From Actinomycetota bacterium (GTDB lineage Bacteria > Actinomycetota > Acidimicrobiia > Acidimicrobiales > JAJPHD01), in NCBI GenBank assembly GCA_021325455.1, contig JAJPHD010000018.1, forward strand, positions 103,838 through 167,837: 64,000 bases of DNA, written 5' to 3'. The notes beneath the pieces were generated by a model that made no database searches, was not told where the DNA came from, and was given only the letters and a program-made list of their open reading frames with translations. Made by a program: the position numbers and the translations under genes. Of the stretch, positions 59,349-64,000 are shown piece by piece; within the stretch, counting starts at the first letter, position 1, and each line of letters begins with the position of its first letter.

Positions 59349-60506
59349 GTGAATTTCGCCTTTAGCGAGGAGCAGGAGGAGCTGAGGCGCTCGGTCCGTC
59401 GGTTCCTCGAGGACAAGTCCCCCCTGGCCGAGGTGCGCAGGCTCATGGAGACCGAGGAGGGCTACGACCCCGCTGTGTGGGCCCAGATGGGCAACCAGCT
59501 CGGCCTGCAGGCCCTCGCCATTCCCGAGGCCTACGGGGGAGCCGGGTTCTCGTACGTGGAGCTGGTGCTGGTCCTGGAGGAGATGGGCCGGTCACTGCTC
59601 TGCGCCCCCTACCTGTCAAGCGTTGCCCTGGCGGCCAACGCCCTGCTGACCTCGGGGGACGAGCAGGCCAAGAAGGAGCTCCTGCCGCCGATCGCCTCTG
59701 GCGAGGCGGTGGCCACCTTGGCCCTGTCCGAGGACGGCGGCCGCCTCGACCTGGAGGCCGTTGCCACCAGGGCTCACGCCAACGGGGGGAGCGGATGGAC
59801 CCTCGAGGGGCAAAAGACCTTCGTGGTCGACGGCCACGTCGCCGATCTCCTGCTCGTGGCGGCCAGGGCCCCCGCCGGGCTCAGCCTGTTCGCCGTGCAG
59901 GGGGATGCCCCGGGCCTGACGCGGGCCCCCCTGCCCACCATGGACCAGACCCGCAAGCTGGCCCGCCTGCAGCTCTCCGGCACACCCGCCCGCCTGGTGG
60001 GAACCGAGGGGCAGGCCGGGGCGGGGCTGTCCAGGTGCCTGGACCTGGCCTCTGTGGCTCTGGCCGCCGAGCAGGTGGGAGGGGCCCAGAGGTGCCTGGA
60101 CATGAGCGTCGAGTACGCCAAGGCCCGGGTGCAGTTCGGACGCCCCATCGGGTCCTTCCAGGCCATAAAGCACAAGTGCGCCGACATGCTCCTCGAGGTG
60201 GAATCGGCCCGGTCGGCGGCCTACTACGCCGGTTGGGTGGCTGCCGCTGCCCTGGGCGGCCCGGACGTGGCCGGCGGCGACGGGACCAGCGGCGAGGAGC
60301 TGCCGGTCGTGGCCAGCCTGGCCAAGGCTTACTGCTCCGACGCCTACTTCCATGCTGCCGCCGAGAACATCCAGATCCACGGCGGCATCGGCTTCACCTG
60401 GGAGCACGATGCCCACCTGTACTTCAAGCGGGCCAAGTCGTCCCAGCTCCTGCTCGGCGACCCCACCTTCCATCGGGAGCTGCTCGCTCGCCGCATCGGG
60501 ATCTAG
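59349..60506 (+). CDS. Acyl-CoA dehydrogenase
   Basis: GTG at 59349. ACAD layout with RVQFGRPIGSFQAIKHKCADM and IQIHGGIGFTWEHDAHLYFKRA. Confidence 0.9.
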   Translation: MNFAFSEEQEELRRSVRRFLEDKSPLAEVRRLMETEEGYDPAVWAQMGNQLGLQALAIPEAYGGAGFSYVELVLVLEEMGRSLLCAPYLSSVALAANALLTSGDEQAKKELLPPIASGEAVATLALSEDGGRLDLEAVATRAHANGGSGWTLEGQKTFVVDGHVADLLLVAARAPAGLSLFAVQGDAPGLTRAPLPTMDQTRKLARLQLSGTPARLVGTEGQAGAGLSRCLDLASVALAAEQVGGAQRCLDMSVEYAKARVQFGRPIGSFQAIKHKCADMLLEVESARSAAYYAGWVAAAALGGPDVAGGDGTSGEELPVVASLAKAYCSDAYFHAAAENIQIHGGIGFTWEHDAHLYFKRAKSSQLLLGDPTFHRELLARRIGI

Positions 60507-60512
60507 CTCGCC

Positions 60513-60932
60513 TTGGCACCCGAGGGTTGGGGGGCGCTGGCCGGGATAGTGGTGGTGGGTGCCTTGATGGCTGCGGCCGCCTGGAGGGGGGCGAAGGCCC
60601 GTAACCGGGCAGAGGGCTGGTCCTCCCTCGACCTGAACCGGCTGGCGGAATGGGTGGCCCTGCGCCTCCCCCCGGAGGTGAGCGCCACCCTGTCCCTTCC
60701 CGACGTGCGCCGCATCGTGGAGTGGAACCATCAGTACTTCCTGTCGCGGTCGGTGGCAGGCAACGGCCACGGGGACCAGGCGGCGGCTCCATTGGTGGTG
60801 ACGGGGGCCGAGACCGTGGACTGGGTCCTCTCGCGGGCCGAGGCCGAGGAGCGTGGCTACACGGCCAGCCAGGTGCATGCCGTCCTGGCCGCCCAGGTCC
60901 GCTACCTGAGCGAGCACGGGCTCACCGGGTAG
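60513..60932 (+). CDS. Hypothetical protein with one N-terminal TM helix
   Basis: TTG start. Balanced composition, TM LAGIVVVGALMAAAAW. No family recognised. Confidence 0.45.
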   Translation: MAPEGWGALAGIVVVGALMAAAAWRGAKARNRAEGWSSLDLNRLAEWVALRLPPEVSATLSLPDVRRIVEWNHQYFLSRSVAGNGHGDQAAAPLVVTGAETVDWVLSRAEAEERGYTASQVHAVLAAQVRYLSEHGLTG

Positions 60933-61059
60933 GCCCCTCAGACGGCGCCCGGGGGCCGCCCTCCTGAGTGCTCCGAGGTCCTCTAGGTCCGGGCCCCGGC
61001 CTCTCCCGGTTGGTGCCCCGACGTTCGCACGGGCCGAGGGGAGGGGATACTGGACGGCA

Positions 61060-61521
61060 GTGGAGACCATGGGTGATCCCGAGGCGGGGGGCGAGCTCCG
61101 GGCTTCCGACGCCGACCGCGAGAGGGTGGCCGAGATCCTGCGCCAGCACTGCACCGCCGGCCGGCTGGACCTGGATGAGTACTCGGAGCGCCTGTCCCGG
61201 GCCCTGAGGGCGCGGACCCTGCCCGAGCTCCTGTCGGTCACCTCCGACCTGCCCCACCCGGACGCGGTGGTGCCCACCACCCCGCCTCATCGGCGGCGAC
61301 CTGGGGGCCGGGCGCTGGAGCGGCGGGCATCGTGGGGGCCCGTGCCCACCGGGACCGCGGCCTGGGCGGGCTTCGCCATCGCCATCGCCGCCCTGGTGGT
61401 CTCCGTTTACGGTCCGCTGGCCTGGGCCATCTGGGTGTTCTGGCTCTTCGTGGCCGTCTTCGTGGCCGCCGGGGTCAGCCTGGCCCTGCGCCGGCTGCTG
61501 GGCGGCCCGGGCCGAAAATGA
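61060..61521 (+). CDS. DUF1707 (SHOCT-like) domain membrane protein
   Basis: The N-terminal sequence LRASDADRERVAEILRQHCTAGRLDLDEYSERL is the DUF1707 signature. Two C-terminal TM helices. Start at GTG 61060 or ATG 61069. Confidence 0.7.
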   Translation: METMGDPEAGGELRASDADRERVAEILRQHCTAGRLDLDEYSERLSRALRARTLPELLSVTSDLPHPDAVVPTTPPHRRRPGGRALERRASWGPVPTGTAAWAGFAIAIAALVVSVYGPLAWAIWVFWLFVAVFVAAGVSLALRRLLGGPGRK

Positions 61522-61549
61522 TCGGTGGGCCGGCCCGGGCGTGTATAGA

Positions 61550-61644
61550 GTTGGAGCACCAGAGAAAGGAGGTGGTCCAACTGAGCGATAGAAGTCTTGG
61601 GACCCTGGAGGTGGCTGGCCGCTAGGCGGCCCGCTGGACCACCT
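61550..61644 (+). promoter_or_regulatory. Structured leader with mutually exclusive helices and a hyper-extended SD-like tract
   Basis: Segment B (61570-61581) pairs with A (61550-61560, 10 of 11 bp) or with C (61635-61644, 10 of 10 bp). 61563-61579 (AGAAAGGAGGTGGTCCA) is complementary to the conserved 16S 3' end. See findings. Confidence 0.35.
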
Positions 61645-61746
61645 GGTGAATCCCAGCCAGGCACCGCTCGGCGGGCTGTCGGGAGCTGGTCCCGCCCGAC
61701 ACCACATGACAGGCTCGCCGGGTTCCTTTCCAGCAACGCTGTGAGG

Positions 61747-61776
61747 TAGAGGGGCGCCCCCCGGGGCGCCCCTCTA
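61747..61776 (+). terminator. 12-bp perfect GC-rich hairpin (terminator or attenuator) 29 nt upstream of the hydrolase start
   Basis: TAGAGGGGCGCC (61747-61758) pairs with GGCGCCCCTCTA (61765-61776) around a 6-nt loop. It is followed by TTCGTT, a weak U-tract, on the + strand only. Confidence 0.5.
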
Positions 61777-61804
61777 TTCGTTCCCCGGGTCGCAGGAGGG
61801 GGTA

Positions 61805-62569
61805 TTGGGTACGGTTTCCGGAGTGAAGATCACCGGCGGGGGGGTGGTCCTCCAGGGTGTGTGGGCTCGACCTGCCCACCCTGGCGAAGCTTCGGGAAGG
61901 GTGCTGGTTCTCTGCCACGGCTTCCCGAGCGGTCCGCGCCAGGGGGACCACGGCGGGCAGACCTACCCCCAGCTGGCCGAGAGGCTCGCCCACCAGACCG
62001 GCTGGCAGGTCCTGGCCTTCAACTTCCGGGGGACGGGCGACTCCGAGGGGGACTTCTCCCTCGGGGGGTGGCTGGGCGATCTCCGGGGCGTCATCGACCA
62101 TGTGATGGGCCAGCCGGGCGTGACGGGCGTCTACCTTGCGGGCTTCAGCGTGGGGGGAGCACTGGCCCTCTGCGCCGCCGGCGAGGACGACCGGGTGCGA
62201 GGGGTGGCCAGCCTGGGGGCTCCGGCGAGCTTCGACGACTGGGCGGCCGATCCCGGGTCCCTGGTGGAGGTGGCCCGGCGCCTGGGCATCATCCGCACTC
62301 CCGGGTACCCCGAGGACCTGGGGGAGTGGGCACGGGAGGTCTCGGAGCTGCGTCCCTTGGGCCTCATAGGCAAGATCCCTCCCCGGCCCCTTCTGATCGT
62401 CCACGGCTCTGACGACGAGGTGGTCCCCCTGGTCGATGCCCGGGCTCTGGCCGATGCGGCTGAGAGCCAGGCCCAGCTGCGGATCCTGCCCGGGGCCGGT
62501 CACCGCTTGCACCACGACCCCAGGGCCATCGCCGTCCTGCTCGGCTGGATGGAGCGCCTCGAGTCGTAG
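61805..62569 (+). CDS. Alpha/beta hydrolase
   Basis: AGGAGG lies 6 nt before TTG 61805. Motifs LCHGFPSG, nucleophile elbow GFSVGG, HGSDDEVVP, and GAGHRL. Confidence 0.8.
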   Translation: MGTVSGVKITGGGVVLQGVWARPAHPGEASGRVLVLCHGFPSGPRQGDHGGQTYPQLAERLAHQTGWQVLAFNFRGTGDSEGDFSLGGWLGDLRGVIDHVMGQPGVTGVYLAGFSVGGALALCAAGEDDRVRGVASLGAPASFDDWAADPGSLVEVARRLGIIRTPGYPEDLGEWAREVSELRPLGLIGKIPPRPLLIVHGSDDEVVPLVDARALADAAESQAQLRILPGAGHRLHHDPRAIAVLLGWMERLES

Positions 62570-62571
62570 GC

Positions 62572-62587
62572 CCCGAGCCGGCTCGGG
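62572..62587. terminator. Palindromic hairpin between the convergent hydrolase and thiE genes
   Basis: CCCGAGCCGGCTCGGG is a perfect palindrome (6-bp stem, CCGG loop). It fills the 18-nt gap between the two stops. Confidence 0.45.
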
Positions 62588-63226
62588 TCAGCTCTGGCTG
62601 GCCAGGGCCTCCTCTATGGTGCCCCTCAGCCGGCGGGCCGCCTGCTCGGGGTCGGGAGCCTCGGTCAGGTACCTCACCACCACGAAGTGGCGGGCGCCGG
62701 CAGCGGCCAGTCCGGCCACGGTGTCGGGGCTCACCCCCCCGGTGACGAACACCGGCCTCCCTGCCCGCTGGTTGGCGTAGCGCACGTAGCCGGGACCTGT
62801 GCCTGGGCGCCCAGGCTTGGTGGGGGTGGCCGTGACCGGGCCGGCCGACACGTAGTCGACCGGCTCGCCGAGGCTGGCGTCGAGCTCGGTGGGCTGGTGG
62901 GTGGACAGGCCCACGATGGCCTCGGGACCGAGGATGCGCCGGGCCAGCCGGGCCGGAGCGTCGTCCTGGCCGACGTGGACCCCGTCAGCCTCGACCTCGA
63001 GCGCCAGGTCCGGGCGGTCGTTCAGGATGAAGGGCACGTCATGGTGGCGGCAAACCTGTCTGGCCAGGCGGGCCCGCTCCAGGAGGGCCCTGGCCTCCAA
63101 GGCCTTTTCCCTGAGCTGGACCAGGTCGACTCCGCCCCTCATGCAGGCGTCGAGGAAGGTGGCCAGGTCGGGCCGGTCCGGGCTGCACAGGTACAGCCGG
63201 CGAGACCCGAGGTCCGGGCGGCTCAC
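62588..63226 (-). CDS. thiE: Thiamine-phosphate synthase
   Basis: GTG at 63226. The sequence GGVDLVQLREK, FILNDRPDLA, DGVHVGQDD, STH and YVSAGPV..T.TKPG matches ThiE. Confidence 0.9.
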   Translation of the reverse strand: MSRPDLGSRRLYLCSPDRPDLATFLDACMRGGVDLVQLREKALEARALLERARLARQVCRHHDVPFILNDRPDLALEVEADGVHVGQDDAPARLARRILGPEAIVGLSTHQPTELDASLGEPVDYVSAGPVTATPTKPGRPGTGPGYVRYANQRAGRPVFVTGGVSPDTVAGLAAAGARHFVVVRYLTEAPDPEQAARRLRGTIEEALASQS

Positions 63227-63253
63227 GCTAGGCGGCCGCCCAGGGTGGGGTCC

Positions 63254-63859
63254 TCACGGCCGGCCCCGGCCGCCGGCGCCGGCGGCCGCCCTGGCCCCGG
63301 CCTTCATGGCCGCCTTGTGGGCCCGCACCTCGGCCAGGGTCTCCGGGCCGGTGATGTCGGCCACCGAGAGGCGGCTGCCCGGCTCTCCGAACGCCCCTGC
63401 GGCCTGGCGCCATCCCTTGGGGCGGATGCCGAGCTGCTTTCCGAGGAGGGCCACGAAGATGCGCGCCTTGTTCTCGCCGAAGCCGGGGAGAGCCCGGACC
63501 CGTCGGAGCAGGTCCGTGCCGTCGGCCGCCCCCTCCCACACCGAGGCGGCCTCACCCCCGTAATCGGTGACCAGCACCCGGCACAGGTCCTGCACTCGCC
63601 GGGCCATGGAGCCGGGGAAGCGGTGCAGAGCTGGCGGCTGGGCGAAGATGTCGGCCAGCTGGCCCCCGTCCATGGCCGCTATCTGGGTCGCCTCCAGCCG
63701 TCCCCCCAGGCGGTCACGCAGGTCGAGGGGGCTCCGGAACGCCCGCTCCAAGGGGATCTGCTGGTCCAGGACCATGCCGATCAGCAGGGCGAAGGGGTCC
63801 TCCGAGAGGAGCTGGTCAGCGGCAGGGTCCTGGCTCAGGTGGAGGATGGCCCCGCTCAC
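63254..63859 (-). CDS. HhH-GPD-type base-excision DNA repair protein
   Basis: GTG at 63859. The sequence DPFALLIGMVLDQQIPLERAF and LPGFGENKARIFVALLGKQLG matches the HhH-GPD-like family conserved in actinobacteria. Confidence 0.8.
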   Translation of the reverse strand: MSGAILHLSQDPAADQLLSEDPFALLIGMVLDQQIPLERAFRSPLDLRDRLGGRLEATQIAAMDGGQLADIFAQPPALHRFPGSMARRVQDLCRVLVTDYGGEAASVWEGAADGTDLLRRVRALPGFGENKARIFVALLGKQLGIRPKGWRQAAGAFGEPGSRLSVADITGPETLAEVRAHKAAMKAGARAAAGAGGRGRP

Positions 63860-63901
63860 GGCAGCTCACAGTAGTACGAGGGGCCAGGGGCATTGGGCTG
63901 G

Positions 63902-64000
63902 CTAGGGGCAGGGGGACGGGTGCCCGATGCCATTCCGGGCCAGGAGGGCGCACACGGAGCCGACTGCCTCGCCAACGGGGACCTGGTGGGCCGGGATGGT
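63902..64000 (-). CDS. 3' end of an unidentified CDS running off the window
   Basis: The reverse frame reads TIPAHQVPVGEAVGSVCALLARNGIGHPSPCP-stop and is open to the window edge. It is too short to assign. Confidence 0.3.
   Translation of the reverse strand, partial: TIPAHQVPVGEAVGSVCALLARNGIGHPSPCP

Noticed and set aside
61563-61579. Fragment of a 16S rRNA gene (minus strand reads TGGACCACCTCCTTTCT)
   Set aside because: The similarity to the 16S 3' end covers only about 17 nt. The flanking sequence shows no resemblance to the conserved 16S helix-45 region or to a 16S-23S spacer. It is treated as an SD-like/anti-SD-complementary tract instead.
61640-61720. Cobalamin riboswitch (GGTGAATCCC resembles the GGTGnAAATCC core)
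   Set aside because: The B12-box and the CCCGCAACTGT / GCCACTG..GGGAAGGC elements are not present. A single short match is insufficient.
61407-61736. 109-aa minus-strand ORF across the 61.5-kb non-coding gap
   Set aside because: The ORF has no ATG start or SD. It overlaps the 3' end of the DUF1707 gene by about 115 nt and has Arg/Pro-biased composition. The region is more parsimoniously an RNA leader.
63227-63253. TPP riboswitch upstream of thiE
   Set aside because: Only 27 nt separate thiE from the upstream HhH-GPD gene stop, so there is no room for a THI element. thiE appears co-transcribed with the upstream genes.

Overview
The window reads as a densely coded, very high-GC chromosomal core region. 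Gene content and synteny are actinobacterial: mfd-mazG, ligA next to gatCAB, an mtrAB-like pair, F420/LLM-type and crotonase/ACAD genes. I support about 58 CDS. Starts were trimmed by eye from the ORF track using homology onset, SD-like sequences and overlapping start/stop codons (GTGA/ATGA). I found no rRNA, tRNA, CRISPR array, transposase, integrase or prophage genes. Most long ORFs antisense to real genes have Arg/Pro/Gly-rich translations and are treated as GC-frame artefacts. I did not find a clear novel multi-gene system such as a defence island. The points most worth a second look are listed here.
1. The Suf Fe-S assembly genes are split into three units on both strands. There are two complete SufC paralogues and no SufR or SufT. 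Two OmpR/HK two-component systems, a Cys-rich small ORF, a STAS protein, a ferredoxin and an FtsH-like/A24-peptidase pair lie between the units.
2. Five copies of a GTCAGCCTGGG-derived motif lie in the divergent promoter between one response regulator and the Cys-rich ORF.
3. A 19-nt element, ACTA-N4-CGTAGGGGAAA, is shared by the sufB upstream region and the sufC/debranching-enzyme divergent region.
4. A 283-nt non-coding leader before an alpha/beta hydrolase has mutually exclusive helices, a 17-nt stretch fully complementary to the conserved 16S rRNA 3' end, and a terminator-like hairpin.
All functional calls come from motif and family recognition by eye, not from database searches.
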